Assembly (NCBI GenBank): GCA_001769385.1 | Contig: MEPB01000048.1 | Location: 21,548 to 85,547 of the forward strand | Direction of reading: 5' to 3' | From: Bacteroidetes bacterium RIFCSPLOWO2_12_FULL_35_15 | Lineage (GTDB): Bacteria; Bacteroidota; Bacteroidia; 2-12-FULL-35-15 | DNA: 64,000 bases | In this document: positions 1 through 10,042 of the stretch, one piece after another | Position numbering within the stretch: the stretch's first letter is position 1 | Layout: each line of letters opens with the position of its first letter | The notes under the pieces: model-generated | Told to the model about the DNA's origin: nothing | What the model saw: the letters and a program-made list of their open reading frames with translations, nothing else | Database searches by the model: none | Made by a program: the position numbers and the translations under genes

Positions 1-113
1 GTAATTTCAGTAGAAGAAATTTTTGCAATTCGATCATTTTCAATCAATACATTGCCATGAAAGATTTTTCCTTCATTGACAATGTTTGCGTTTTTAATTA
101 AAATAGTTTTCAT
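1..113 (-). CDS. pyrC: Dihydroorotase, N-terminal fragment (runs off window start)
   Basis: Manual translation from ATG at 113: MKTILIKNANIVNEGKIFHGNVLIENDRIAKISSTEI, resembling the Bacteroidota dihydroorotase N-terminus. Only 37 codons are visible. Confidence 0.6.
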   Translation of the reverse strand, partial: MKTILIKNANIVNEGKIFHGNVLIENDRIAKISSTEI

Positions 114-132
114 TTTAAAATTTTAATTTTTT

Positions 133-220
133 GTCAATTGGGAGGGACGAAGCAATCTCCAATTAAAGCTTTGTTTATGAATTAAATGTCTGCTTCAACG
201 TAGAATGTTCCTCGCAATGA
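133..220. repeat. Degenerate REP-like palindromic element (GTCATTGCGAGG...CCTCGCAATGAC type)
   Basis: gtcaattgggagggacgaagcaatct at 133 and tgcttc...cctcgcaatga ending at 220 form an imperfect intergenic inverted repeat. Confidence 0.5.
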
Positions 221-225
221 TGTTA

Positions 226-1455
226 TCAGAAAGTAACATTTAATTTAATTTCTTTACCATTCCTAAGGATAGTTACTTCTACCGTGTCGCCAATTTTATA
301 GGCAGATAATCCTTTCATATAATCCATGGTACTCTCTACCTTAATTTCTCCAAACTGAATCACCACATCTCCTTTTTGTATTCCGGCTCTGGAAGCAGGT
401 TTCCCATCGGTAACACCATCAATTCTCATTCCTTTCCCTTCGTAGGTATAATCGGGCATTACCCCCATTGTGATTTTAAATTTTCGTGTACCGGCATCCG
501 GATTTTTTGTTTTCAGAAATTGAAATTTTGGAAGTTTTTCTGTTTCTTCTTCAATTTTAATAATGTATTCCAATACTTTTTTTTCACCTTTAAAATTTAT
601 TTTTATAAAATCATCACTCGGTTTATGATAATCCGAATGTTGCCCGGTAAAAAAATGTAATACCGGAATATCTTTTAAATAAAAAGAAGTTTGATCGGAA
701 GCTCCAATTCCGGCACTGTCTTTTTTGATACTGAAATCGGTATTTGTTTTATCTATCAGAGAGACCCAATCAGGTGCAGTGCCTACACCATATATAATTA
801 ATTTTTTTGTTGTATCGTTCAATCGACCGATCATGTCCATGTTGATCATGTAATTTACTTTGGAAAAATCGATTGTAGGATTTTCGCAAAATTTCTTTGA
901 ACCAAATAGCCCAAGTTCTTCTCCAGAAAAGCAGATAAACAGAAAATTAAATTTTTCTCTGCGTTGGTTTTGTGAAAAGTAACGTGCGAGTTCAATCACC
1001 CCGGCTACTCCGGAAGCATTATCATCAGCTCCATTGTGTATTTTCCCAACAGAATTTGGATCAAGTGAATTATTATCCAACCCCATTCCTAAATGATCGA
1101 AATGAGCGCCAATAACCACCGTGTTTTCGGCTCCATTATCGAGATATCCTGCAACATCAATTGCTGAAACCGATTCCCCACCAATGGTATCGTGAGCATC
1201 TTTTGGTTTTTTAAAAGTATAAGAAAAATAATAACTGTTTATATTTCCTTTTGGTTCAAGTTTTAGATTGCTGAAGTTAGTCCGGATATAATTAGCTGCT
1301 GTTAGCTCATCTTGAGTACCTGTTCCTCTTCCTTTTAGTTTATCACTTGCAAGAAATTTTATATGTTTTTTTAATTGCGCTACATTTATCTCCTGGGCGG
1401 AAATTGTAGAGAGAACAACAACTAAAAAAAAAGAGAACAAAAAATATTTTTTCAT
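226..1455 (-). CDS. M28 family aminopeptidase with C-terminal PDZ domain, signal peptide
   Basis: GAHFDHLG, NGADDNASG, FSGEELGL, NMDMIG, SDQ and DYH M28 motifs; PDZ-like GVMPD...GKPA..AGIQKGDVV. Start set at the ATG of MKKYF. Confidence 0.9.
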   Translation of the reverse strand: MKKYFLFSFFLVVVLSTISAQEINVAQLKKHIKFLASDKLKGRGTGTQDELTAANYIRTNFSNLKLEPKGNINSYYFSYTFKKPKDAHDTIGGESVSAIDVAGYLDNGAENTVVIGAHFDHLGMGLDNNSLDPNSVGKIHNGADDNASGVAGVIELARYFSQNQRREKFNFLFICFSGEELGLFGSKKFCENPTIDFSKVNYMINMDMIGRLNDTTKKLIIYGVGTAPDWVSLIDKTNTDFSIKKDSAGIGASDQTSFYLKDIPVLHFFTGQHSDYHKPSDDFIKINFKGEKKVLEYIIKIEEETEKLPKFQFLKTKNPDAGTRKFKITMGVMPDYTYEGKGMRIDGVTDGKPASRAGIQKGDVVIQFGEIKVESTMDYMKGLSAYKIGDTVEVTILRNGKEIKLNVTF

Positions 1456-1470
1456 TGGAACATGCAATTT

Positions 1471-2514
1471 TTAATCAACCCAATCGGCAATAAAAACATT
1501 CGTATCGCGGGTGCCGTGGTTGTTTCGGTTTGATGAAAAGACTACCCTTTTTTTATCGGGTGAAAACATGGCAAATGCATTGAAAACACTTTCAGTTGTA
1601 ATTTGTTCCAATCCTGTTCCATCTTCGTTTATCATGTATAACTGAAAATTAAATCCATTTTCTGTTTTACAATTAGAAGAAAAAATTATTTTCTTTCCAT
1701 CAGGAGAAAAAAATGGCGCCCAGTTAGCTTTCCCTAGATGAGTGACCTGTTTTAAGTCAGAACCATCTATATTACAAACAAAAATTTCCATATCGCTGGG
1801 AGCGACTAAACCTTGAGCTAATAGATCTTTATAATTTTTTATTTCTGATTCTGTTTTTGGCCGGGAGGCACGAAATACTAATTTGCTCCCATCAGGAGAA
1901 AAAAATGCACCACCATCGTATCCTAATCCGGTTGTGATTTGTTTAAGGTTAGAGCCATCAATATTCATGGTCCATAATTCCAGATCGCCTGAACGGTTTG
2001 ATGTAAAAACAATTTTATTTCCTTTTGGAGAAACTGTTGCTTCGGCATCATAGCCGGGAGAGTCGGTAAGTTGTTTGGTAATGTTTCCTTTAAGGTCGGC
2101 AATAAAAATATCATACGAATCGAATATGTTCCATAAATATTTTCCGTTTTTCCTAAGATCTCCTGTTTCCGGACAATTATCTCCGGACTTGTGTGTGGAC
2201 GCATACAAGACGTGATTGCCATTGGGTAAAAAATAAGCACATGTTGTTCTGCCTTTTCCTGTACTGATCTTGAAAGGTTTGTATAAAGAGTCTTTCGAAG
2301 CATCAGCAATATTCATCATAAAGATCTGGTCACAATTTACGCCCCATTTTTTATTGTTTGATTGAAAAGAAAGGTTTTTGCTATCGAAGCTGAAATACGC
2401 TTCCGCATTATCACCTCCAAAAGTAAGTTGTGTGATATTTTTTAAATGTTTTTCATTTTGAGAAAATGAAATTTGATGAATAAAAAAAACAATAATTAAA
2501 AATATTTTTTTCAT
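1471..2514 (-). CDS. TolB-like PD40 (WD40-like) beta-propeller periplasmic protein
   Basis: Repeated FSPDGxKxVFxS motifs (AYFSFDSK, TVSPKGNKIVF, FFSPDGSKLVF, FSPDKKRVVF); signal peptide. Confidence 0.85.
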   Translation of the reverse strand: MKKIFLIIVFFIHQISFSQNEKHLKNITQLTFGGDNAEAYFSFDSKNLSFQSNNKKWGVNCDQIFMMNIADASKDSLYKPFKISTGKGRTTCAYFLPNGNHVLYASTHKSGDNCPETGDLRKNGKYLWNIFDSYDIFIADLKGNITKQLTDSPGYDAEATVSPKGNKIVFTSNRSGDLELWTMNIDGSNLKQITTGLGYDGGAFFSPDGSKLVFRASRPKTESEIKNYKDLLAQGLVAPSDMEIFVCNIDGSDLKQVTHLGKANWAPFFSPDGKKIIFSSNCKTENGFNFQLYMINEDGTGLEQITTESVFNAFAMFSPDKKRVVFSSNRNNHGTRDTNVFIADWVD

Positions 2515-2572
2515 GCGTAGATTTTTTTTATCTCTATAACGATCGGGAGCAGTATAGAACCGGCTAACAAAT

Positions 2573-3301
2573 TTAGTGTGACAATTTTTTAGAAATTTTT
2601 TTGAAACGCATTTGTAACACCCCCCAAAAAGCTTCTTTGAAAATTCCTTTGCTCATTTTTGATGAGCCTTCAACTCTGTCGGTAAATGTTATGGGAACCT
2701 CCACTAGTTTGAATCCGAGTTTGTAGGCAGTATATTTCATTTCAATTTGAAAGGCATAGCCTACAAATTTAATTTCGTCAAAATCGATTTGTTCAAGTAC
2801 TTTACGTTTATAACATTTAAATCCTGCTGTAGTGTCATAAATGGGTACCCATAATACCATTCGAACATAAACGGATGCGTAATAGGACATCAAAACGCGA
2901 CCTTTGGGCCAATTTTCGATCTTGCCATCTTTTACATAGCGCGATCCGATCGCAACATCGGCACCATTTACACAAGCTTCACGTAAACGAATTAAATCAT
3001 TTGGGTTGTGTGAAAAATCGCAGTCCATTTCAAAAATATACTCATAGCTGCGTTGTAATGCCCATTTAAAACCATGAATATAGGCCGTTCCCAATCCTAA
3101 TTTGCCTTTACGTTCTTCAATAAATAATTTACCCGGAAACTCCTGCATCAAATTTTTTACAATCACGGCAGTGCCATCCGGAGAACCATCATCTATAATT
3201 AACAGGTGAAAGGGATGAGACAAAGAAAATACTTTGCGAACCATTCGCTCTATATTTTCTTTTTCGTTGTAGGTTGGTATAATGACTAAACTATCGCTCA
3301 C
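2573..3301 (-). CDS. Polyprenol monophosphomannose synthase (GT2, Dpm1-like)
   Basis: IIPTYNEKENI, IIDDGSPDGT, MDCDFSHNP, GSRY and TAGFKCY motifs. Probable GTG start at 3301 rather than the TTG at 3340. Confidence 0.9.
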   Translation of the reverse strand: MSDSLVIIPTYNEKENIERMVRKVFSLSHPFHLLIIDDGSPDGTAVIVKNLMQEFPGKLFIEERKGKLGLGTAYIHGFKWALQRSYEYIFEMDCDFSHNPNDLIRLREACVNGADVAIGSRYVKDGKIENWPKGRVLMSYYASVYVRMVLWVPIYDTTAGFKCYKRKVLEQIDFDEIKFVGYAFQIEMKYTAYKLGFKLVEVPITFTDRVEGSSKMSKGIFKEAFWGVLQMRFKKISKKLSH

Positions 3302-3492
3302 AAACTGTTTTTTGAAAAACGAAGATAACGCTCTATTCAATAATTACCAAAGTTTTTAGGTTTTTTGGCGAATTTTCTGCACTAATTAGGTATTGTTATA
3401 AATTAAGCGGTATTAACTATACAGTTTGATGAGTAATAAAATTTCATTTTATACCATTCTTTATTTTTAAGTTTGTATTAAACTCCATTCAA

Positions 3493-5598
3493 ATGAAAAA
3501 AATAGTACTCCTGTTTTTTGTGACTTTTTGCGCACAAAAATTCATTGCACAAGAAAATTTAAAATATTGTGGTGCAGATGAATTACGCATTGCTACGTTA
3601 AAAAAAAATCCAAAAATCGCACAAGCTGTTATCAAGCGAGATGAAGAACTAGAAGCGTTTACACAAAAATATGTTGCCGATTTTTATAATAAAAAGACAC
3701 TATCAGCAACGTATATTATTCCTGTGGTTTTTCATGTCATTCACAACTGGGGAATTGAAAATATTTCGGATGCACAAATTTTAGATGGATTGGATATATT
3801 AAATAAAACGTTTCGTAAACAGTTAGCCGACACAGCTTCCATTGTTTCGGCTTTTAAACCTCTGCATGCCGACTGTGATATTGAATTCAGAGTAGCTCAG
3901 CTGGATCCGAACGGAAATTGTACGAACGGGATCAATCGTATTGCTTCGTCACTGACTACTATTGGCGATCATTCTGTAAAATCAATCATACATTGGCCTC
4001 CGACTAAATATTTGAATGTCTATATTGTTTCAAATGCTGCCGGACTCGCGGGGCATTGTGTTTGGCCGGCTGATGCCGATTCGATCCCTTTGTGGGATGG
4101 AATTGTTATCGGGTATAATTATATAGGAAGCATTGGTACCTCTAACTATACCCAATCTGTAGCATTTGCGCATGAATGCGGACATTATTTGAATTTGCAA
4201 CACATTTGGGGTGGTAATAATGTTCCGAACTTTTATTATTATCCTTGTGCCAATCCCAATAAAGATTGTAATGTGGATGATCTTGTTGCTGATACTCCGC
4301 CTACCATTGGCTGGCAAAGTTGCAATTTATCAGGAGCATCCTGCGGAAATGCAGTTGATAATGTTCAGAATACAATGGATTATTCGTATTGCAATCGAAT
4401 GTTTACTTATGGACAAAAAGCAAGAATGCAAGCTTGTTTAAATTCACCCATTGCAGGAAGAAATAATTTATGGCAAACTGCAAATCTTATTGCAACGGGT
4501 GTTTTAAACCCACCGGGAGGATTGTGTAAAGCCGATTTTACAAGCAATATAAATGTTGTTTGTCAAGGTTCAGGTACTCCAATAGTTTTTACGAATACAT
4601 CCTATAACGGAACATTCACAGACGTTTTGTGGAATTTCCCCGGTGGAACTCCTTCCACATCTGTTTCTAGTAATCCAAATGTTTCGTACGCCACTCCCGG
4701 TACTTATGATGTGACGTTGAAAGTAAAAAATGGAACTGATTCTGTGGAGGTCACAAAAGTAAATTTCATTTCGGTTTTGCCAGCTACAAGTACTGTATAT
4801 CCATTTACCGAAGGATTTGAAACCACAAGCTCATTAAATGGTTTGGAATGGTTCTCGAATAGTTTTGATACGATCAACAACTGGCAACTTAATACAAGTG
4901 CATCTTATAGCGGAACAAGCTCCGTAATGCTTAACAATTATACGAGTCCTGCCGGAACGAAAGACGAATTATTTAGTAAAATGTTAAATTTAACAGGTGG
5001 TTCAGGACTTTACGTCAGTTTTAAATATGCGTATGCAAAAAAAGACAGCACAAGTAATGATCGTCTGCAATTATATATTACAAACAATTGTAATAACAAT
5101 TGGTTGCAACGAATAAATTTAACCGGCACAGCCTTGGAAACAGCGCCAATGCAATCAACACCTTTTGTTCCTGCTTCAACAAACGAATGGAAACAGGCAT
5201 CTGTAATTATTCCTCCGACATGGCTGACCGCAAATTTCAGATTTAAGTTTGTATATACCTCTTCCGCGGGAAACAATGTATATATCGATGACATTAATTT
5301 GAATGTGAATACCGGAATAAGCGATCTGGATGAAATGAGTTCCACCTTTCAATTGTTCCCAAATCCGGCAACTTCAATTGTTACCTTGGGGTTTAAATTA
5401 ACGGAGTCAAAAAAATTAAATATAGCGATACTAAATTTACTTGGACAAACAATTTATTCTTCCGGAAAAGAAAATTATTCTGATGGAGAACATACAATCA
5501 AACTATCTCTCAGGGATATTTCACCCGGGATGTATTTTATAAATGTTGCTGATGACAACAATGACTTTAAAAAACCTTTAGTTATAATTTCAAATTAG
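3493..5598 (+). CDS. T9SS-secreted M43 (pappalysin/ulilysin-like) zinc metalloprotease with PKD domain
   Basis: HECGHYLNLQH zinc motif, NTMDYS Met-turn, IPVVFHVIH, PKD (WNFPGG..YATPGTYDVTL) and type A CTD (FPNPA...GMYFI). Confidence 0.9.
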   Translation: MKKIVLLFFVTFCAQKFIAQENLKYCGADELRIATLKKNPKIAQAVIKRDEELEAFTQKYVADFYNKKTLSATYIIPVVFHVIHNWGIENISDAQILDGLDILNKTFRKQLADTASIVSAFKPLHADCDIEFRVAQLDPNGNCTNGINRIASSLTTIGDHSVKSIIHWPPTKYLNVYIVSNAAGLAGHCVWPADADSIPLWDGIVIGYNYIGSIGTSNYTQSVAFAHECGHYLNLQHIWGGNNVPNFYYYPCANPNKDCNVDDLVADTPPTIGWQSCNLSGASCGNAVDNVQNTMDYSYCNRMFTYGQKARMQACLNSPIAGRNNLWQTANLIATGVLNPPGGLCKADFTSNINVVCQGSGTPIVFTNTSYNGTFTDVLWNFPGGTPSTSVSSNPNVSYATPGTYDVTLKVKNGTDSVEVTKVNFISVLPATSTVYPFTEGFETTSSLNGLEWFSNSFDTINNWQLNTSASYSGTSSVMLNNYTSPAGTKDELFSKMLNLTGGSGLYVSFKYAYAKKDSTSNDRLQLYITNNCNNNWLQRINLTGTALETAPMQSTPFVPASTNEWKQASVIIPPTWLTANFRFKFVYTSSAGNNVYIDDINLNVNTGISDLDEMSSTFQLFPNPATSIVTLGFKLTESKKLNIAILNLLGQTIYSSGKENYSDGEHTIKLSLRDISPGMYFINVADDNNDFKKPLVIISN

Positions 5599-5636
5599 TG
5601 CTTTTAATACAAGCAAACTTCTTTTTCGTTTACAAT

Positions 5637-7529
5637 TTAATGAGCTCCTTTTTTTATTTCTTCCACAATTGAAGGGTCCAGCAAAGTAGAGGTATCGCCC
5701 AGATTTGATAAATCGCCTTCAGCTATTTTGCGCAGGATACGTCTCATGATTTTTCCGCTTCGTGTTTTTGGGAGGCCTTGTACTACTTGAATTTTATCAG
5801 GTTTTGCAATTGCTCCCATGTTTTTTGTTACGGTTTCAATTATTTCTTTTTTTAAGGCATCAGCATCTTTTCGTTCATGTTCACAAATGACAAACGCATA
5901 AATGCCCCAGCCTTTTATTTCATGAGGGAATCCAACCACTGCAGATTCAACAATATCAGGATGCTGATCAATTGCATTTTCTATTTCTGAGGTTCCTAAT
6001 AAATGTCCTGAAACTTTTATTACATCGTCAACCCGACCTGATATATGGTAATATCCCTCTTCATCGCGTTTGCATGCATCACCTGTGAAATAATATCCTT
6101 TAAATGTTTCAAAATAAGTTTCTTTGCAACGTTTATGATTTTGATAAGTTGTACGAATGATACCCGGCCATGGAAATTTAAAACACAATCTTCCTTCCAC
6201 ATTATTTCCCTGTAATTCTTTTCCCTGTTCATCAAGCAAAATAGGTTGTACTCCCGGTAAAGGAAGTGTTGCAAAACCAGGTTTTGTTTTAGTGATTCCG
6301 GCTAATGGAGAGATCATGATTCCACCGGTTTCTGTTTGCCACCATGTATCCACGATCGGACATTTCTTTTTTCCAATATTTTCGTTATACCAGTTCCATG
6401 CAAATTCATTTATTGGTTCGCCAACAGTTCCCAAAACCTTTAGCGAATCTAATTTATAAGGCTTTACAAAATCCAGACCAAGCGCTTCAAGGGATCTTAT
6501 TGCAGTTGGAGCGGTATAAAAAATAGCTACCTGATGTTTATCAATAACTTGCCAGAATCTTCCAGCATCAGGATAAGTGGGGATTCCTTCAAACATTAAT
6601 GTGGTGCCTCCTGCCAGAAGTGGTCCGTAAACTAAATAGGAGTGACCGGTGATCCAGCCCACATCAGCCGTACACCAAAATATATCGCCATCATTGTATT
6701 GAAAAACATTACGGAATGTATAATCAACAAAAGTCATATAGCCCGCTATTGTATGCACAACTCCTTTTGGTTTTCCGGTGGAGCCGGAAGTGTATAATAT
6801 GAAAAGCATATCTTCTGCATCCATTATTTCGGCAGGACAATCAGCGGAACTGTTTTTAATTTCATCCTGCCACCAAACATCACGTCCGCTTTCCATCTTT
6901 ACTTCGGTATTTATATGTTTATATACAATCACTTTTTTAACCGAAGGACAAGTTAATAAGGCTTCATCAATAACATTTTTCAATGGAATTTCTTTTGCTC
7001 CACGATACGCACCATCTGAAGTAATGACCACGTTACAATCGGCATCATGAATTCTATCAGAAAGTGATTTAAAAGAAAAACCACCAAATACCACTGAGTG
7101 AATAGCTCCGATTCTCGCACATGCCAAAACCGCTATTGTTAATTCAGGAATCATGGGCATATAAATACAAATGCGGTCGCCTTTTTTTGCACCATTTTTT
7201 TTCAGCACATTTGCAAATCGACATACTTCTGAATGAAGTTCTTTATACGTGAATTTTCGTACTTCATCTTCTGGATTATTAGGTTCCCAAATGAGTGCAG
7301 TTTGATTTCCTCTTTTTTCAAGATGGCGATCAAGGCAGTTTTCGGTGATATTGAGTTGTCCGCCAATGAACCATTTTATACTTGGCTCATCAAAATTCCA
7401 CTCCAACACGTTATCCCATTTTTTATGCCAGGTAAATTGTTCAGCTTGCTCTGCCCAAAAGGCTTCAGGAGTTTCAACACTACGTTTGTATTCCTGCTGA
7501 TATTGCTCAAAAGATGTAATACGGTTCAT
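5637..7529 (-). CDS. acs: Acetate--CoA ligase
   Basis: LYTSGSTGKPKG AMP-binding motif, DTWWQTETGG and LPKTRSGKIMRR. Confidence 0.97.
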   Translation of the reverse strand: MNRITSFEQYQQEYKRSVETPEAFWAEQAEQFTWHKKWDNVLEWNFDEPSIKWFIGGQLNITENCLDRHLEKRGNQTALIWEPNNPEDEVRKFTYKELHSEVCRFANVLKKNGAKKGDRICIYMPMIPELTIAVLACARIGAIHSVVFGGFSFKSLSDRIHDADCNVVITSDGAYRGAKEIPLKNVIDEALLTCPSVKKVIVYKHINTEVKMESGRDVWWQDEIKNSSADCPAEIMDAEDMLFILYTSGSTGKPKGVVHTIAGYMTFVDYTFRNVFQYNDGDIFWCTADVGWITGHSYLVYGPLLAGGTTLMFEGIPTYPDAGRFWQVIDKHQVAIFYTAPTAIRSLEALGLDFVKPYKLDSLKVLGTVGEPINEFAWNWYNENIGKKKCPIVDTWWQTETGGIMISPLAGITKTKPGFATLPLPGVQPILLDEQGKELQGNNVEGRLCFKFPWPGIIRTTYQNHKRCKETYFETFKGYYFTGDACKRDEEGYYHISGRVDDVIKVSGHLLGTSEIENAIDQHPDIVESAVVGFPHEIKGWGIYAFVICEHERKDADALKKEIIETVTKNMGAIAKPDKIQVVQGLPKTRSGKIMRRILRKIAEGDLSNLGDTSTLLDPSIVEEIKKGAH

Positions 7530-7650
7530 AAAATTGAAAGATTAAATTATGTAGGTTGATAAAGATATGAATTCAAAAATAAGAAAAGAAAATGGCTTTA
7601 AAAATTAGCAGTGATCACAATCAAGAAAACAAATGATTTGAAAATGGGAG

Positions 7651-8420
7651 TTGTAGTATGGTACGCAGATTTAGCGGATTGTTTAAGATTTAAAATGATT
7701 TTTTGTAGGTGATTGTATAAGGATATTCTGTGTTGAAGCACTTTGTAGTATGGTACGCAGATTTAGGGGAGAGTTTAAGATTTAAAAATGATTTTTGTTG
7801 CTGATTATTATAGGATATTCCGTGTTGAAGTACTTTGTGGTATGGTACGCAGATTTAGCGGATTGTTTAAGATTTAAAAATGATTTTTGTTGCTGATTGT
7901 TCTAGGATATTCCGTGTTGAAGTACTTTGTAGTGTGGAACGCAGATTTAGGGGAGAGTTTAAGATTTAAAATGATTTTTTGTAGGTGATTGTATAAGGAT
8001 ATTCTGTGTTGAAGTACTTTGTAGTATGGTACGCAGATTTAGCGGAGAGTTTAAGATTTAAAAATGATTTTTGTTGCTGATTATTATAGGATATTCCGTG
8101 TTGTACTTTGTGGTATGGTACGCAGATTTCGCGGATAGTTTAGGATTTTAAAATGATTTTTGTTGATGATTGTTATATGATTTCTGTATTGAAGATTGTT
8201 ATAAGATATTCCGTGTTGAAATACTTTGTAGTATGGTACGCAGATTTCGCGGATAGTTTAAGATTTAAAAATGATTTCTGTATTGAAGATTGTTATAAGA
8301 TATTCCGTGTTGAAATACTTTGTAGTATGGTACGGAGATTTCGCGGATAGTTTAAGATTTAAAAATGATTTTTGTTGCTGATTGTTATATGATATTATGT
8401 GTTGAAGATTGTTATAGGAT
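7651..8420. repeat. Tandem array of 8 imperfect ~92-bp units (core TGGTACGCAGAT)
   Basis: GGTACGCAG-like cores at 7660, 7752, 7844, 7936, 8028, 8117, 8235 and 8329 (spacings 92,92,92,92,89,118,94). Confidence 0.95.
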
Positions 8421-8490
8421 ATACGTTATTGAAATTCGCATTTTGAATGATCTTAATTTATTATAAAGTCCTAACTAACATTTAAATCTT

Positions 8491-8530
8491 ATCATTTTTT
8501 TATCATAAAAATCTTAATAAATCTGCGTCC
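8491..8530. repeat. Single inverted copy of the array repeat core
   Basis: Reverse complement GGACGCAGATTTATTAAGATTTTTATGAT. It shares 23 identical bp (ACGCAGATTTATTAAGATTTTTA) with the unit at 13270. Confidence 0.85.
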
Positions 8531-8554
8531 GATCGAATCAAGAATTTTTAAAAT

Positions 8555-9355
8555 CTATTTCGATAATTCACTTGCTCTGTCTCTGGCTTTAACAATGCCT
8601 TTCTGAAGATTTTCTCCAACATGATCTGATTCGAAAGAACTGAGTGCCGTTTCAGTAGTTCCTCCTTTTGAAGCAACTGCTTTTATCAATTCATCCAGTG
8701 ATTTATTGGTGGTATTCATCAAGTGAAATGAGCCCAACATGGTTTGTTTAACAAGCATGGAAGAAGTAGCTTCATCAAATCCCATTTGTTTTCCTGCTTC
8801 GATCATTTGTTTTACAATGTAGAAAAAATAGGCTGGTCCGCTGCCACTCAATGCTGTAACAGCATCTAACAGATCCTCATTCTCAAAAAACACGGTACGT
8901 CCGGTTGTTGCCAATAAATTTTCGGCCTTACGAATTTGTTCCAGCGAAAGGGATTTGCTTGCTGTAAAGGCAGTAACTCCCATGCCTAATTCTGCAGGAG
9001 AATTTGGCATAGCACGTATGATGTTTGGATTATTTAGTGCACTTTCAATACGTTGAATTTTTACTCCTGCCATTATGGAAATAATACATTTGGCGGGTTC
9101 TAAAATATGTTTCAGTTCTTTTGCTAATTCTTCAAAATCCTGTGGCTTTACTGCAATAATTACAATATCACTTGCTGCGATTTTTGCATCATTTATCACA
9201 GTTACCTCAGCAACATTCAGTTTAATCAGTTCCTGTTTGCGTGTTTCATTTTTTTCGGCAAGTATTAAATTTTCTTTTGAAACAATATTGTATTTTAAAA
9301 AAGCGCGGGCGTATATTAAACCCATGTTGCCACATCCAACAATTGTAATTTTCAT
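8555..9355 (-). CDS. proC: Pyrroline-5-carboxylate reductase
   Basis: GCGNMG Rossmann motif, AVKPQ, RAMPN, ALSGSGPAY and VASKGGTT. Confidence 0.95.
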   Translation of the reverse strand: MKITIVGCGNMGLIYARAFLKYNIVSKENLILAEKNETRKQELIKLNVAEVTVINDAKIAASDIVIIAVKPQDFEELAKELKHILEPAKCIISIMAGVKIQRIESALNNPNIIRAMPNSPAELGMGVTAFTASKSLSLEQIRKAENLLATTGRTVFFENEDLLDAVTALSGSGPAYFFYIVKQMIEAGKQMGFDEATSSMLVKQTMLGSFHLMNTTNKSLDELIKAVASKGGTTETALSSFESDHVGENLQKGIVKARDRASELSK

Positions 9356-9417
9356 TTTGTTTTATTTTTTAATGAGTTTTCTCTTTCTGCAAAATAGATT
9401 TATTTTTAATAGATTTT

Positions 9418-9897
9418 TTAATGCGCCCTCTTTTCTTTTATTTCTATTTGTCTTTTAATGCTTTCTTCTAAAGAAATAAATGTTTCTGTACGCTGCACCC
9501 CTTTTATTGTTTGGATATGTTCATTTAACACTTCTCTCAAATGCTGGGTATCCCGACAAATTATTTTTGCAAACATACTATAAACTCCGGTTGTATAATG
9601 CAATTCGACAACTTCCGGGATCTTTTTCAATCGACTGACGGCATCATGGTATTCAGATCCTTTATCTAAAAATATTCCTAAAAATGCACAAACATCATAA
9701 CCAACTTTTGCCGGATTAATTTCTAAGTGAGAGCCCCGTACAACTCCGGTGTCAATTAATTTTTTCATTCGAACATGGACTGTTCCTGCTGATACAACTA
9801 ATTCTTTTGCAATTTCTGTGTAAGGAATTGTGGAGTCCTTCATCAGCATAGAAAGAATTTGTCTGTCTAATTTATCAAGTTGAAAATTTTGCGCCAT
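9418..9897 (-). CDS. asnC: Lrp/AsnC family transcriptional regulator (AsnC-like)
   Basis: LDKLDRQIL...YTEIAKELVVSAGTVHVRMKKL HTH and HYTTGVYSMF...IQTIKGVQRTETFISL. Divergent from an asparagine synthetase gene. Confidence 0.85.
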   Translation of the reverse strand: MAQNFQLDKLDRQILSMLMKDSTIPYTEIAKELVVSAGTVHVRMKKLIDTGVVRGSHLEINPAKVGYDVCAFLGIFLDKGSEYHDAVSRLKKIPEVVELHYTTGVYSMFAKIICRDTQHLREVLNEHIQTIKGVQRTETFISLEESIKRQIEIKEKRAH

Positions 9898-9918
9898 TTA
9901 AGGATGTGTATTTTACGA

Positions 9919-9926
9919 CAAATGTA
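9919..9926 (-). promoter_or_regulatory. Putative Bacteroidota -7 promoter box (TACATTTG) for asnC
   Basis: Matches the TAnnTTTG consensus about 22 bp upstream of the asnC start. Confidence 0.5.
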
Positions 9927-10006
9927 AAAAAAATATTGTTATATTATTATATTACTAATAATATGTTCAATTTGTTGAATATTTAATAATGTAAGGTTAT
10001 ACCATT

Positions 10007-10014
10007 TATCTTTG
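10007..10014 (+). promoter_or_regulatory. Putative Bacteroidota -7 promoter box (TATCTTTG) for the asparagine synthetase gene
   Basis: TAnnTTTG consensus about 29 bp upstream of the ATG at 10043. Confidence 0.55.
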
Positions 10015-10042
10015 CCAAAGAAATTAAATAGAAAAAATAAAA

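Noticed and set aside
8153-8350. 65-aa ORF (+)
   Set aside because: It lies wholly in the repeat array and its translation merely reflects the repeat (WYAD..LR.K).
7651-8420. CRISPR or TIGR-like guide array
   Set aside because: Units are similar along their entire length and the variable parts are recurring variants, not unique spacers. No cas or Nop-domain gene is present in the window.
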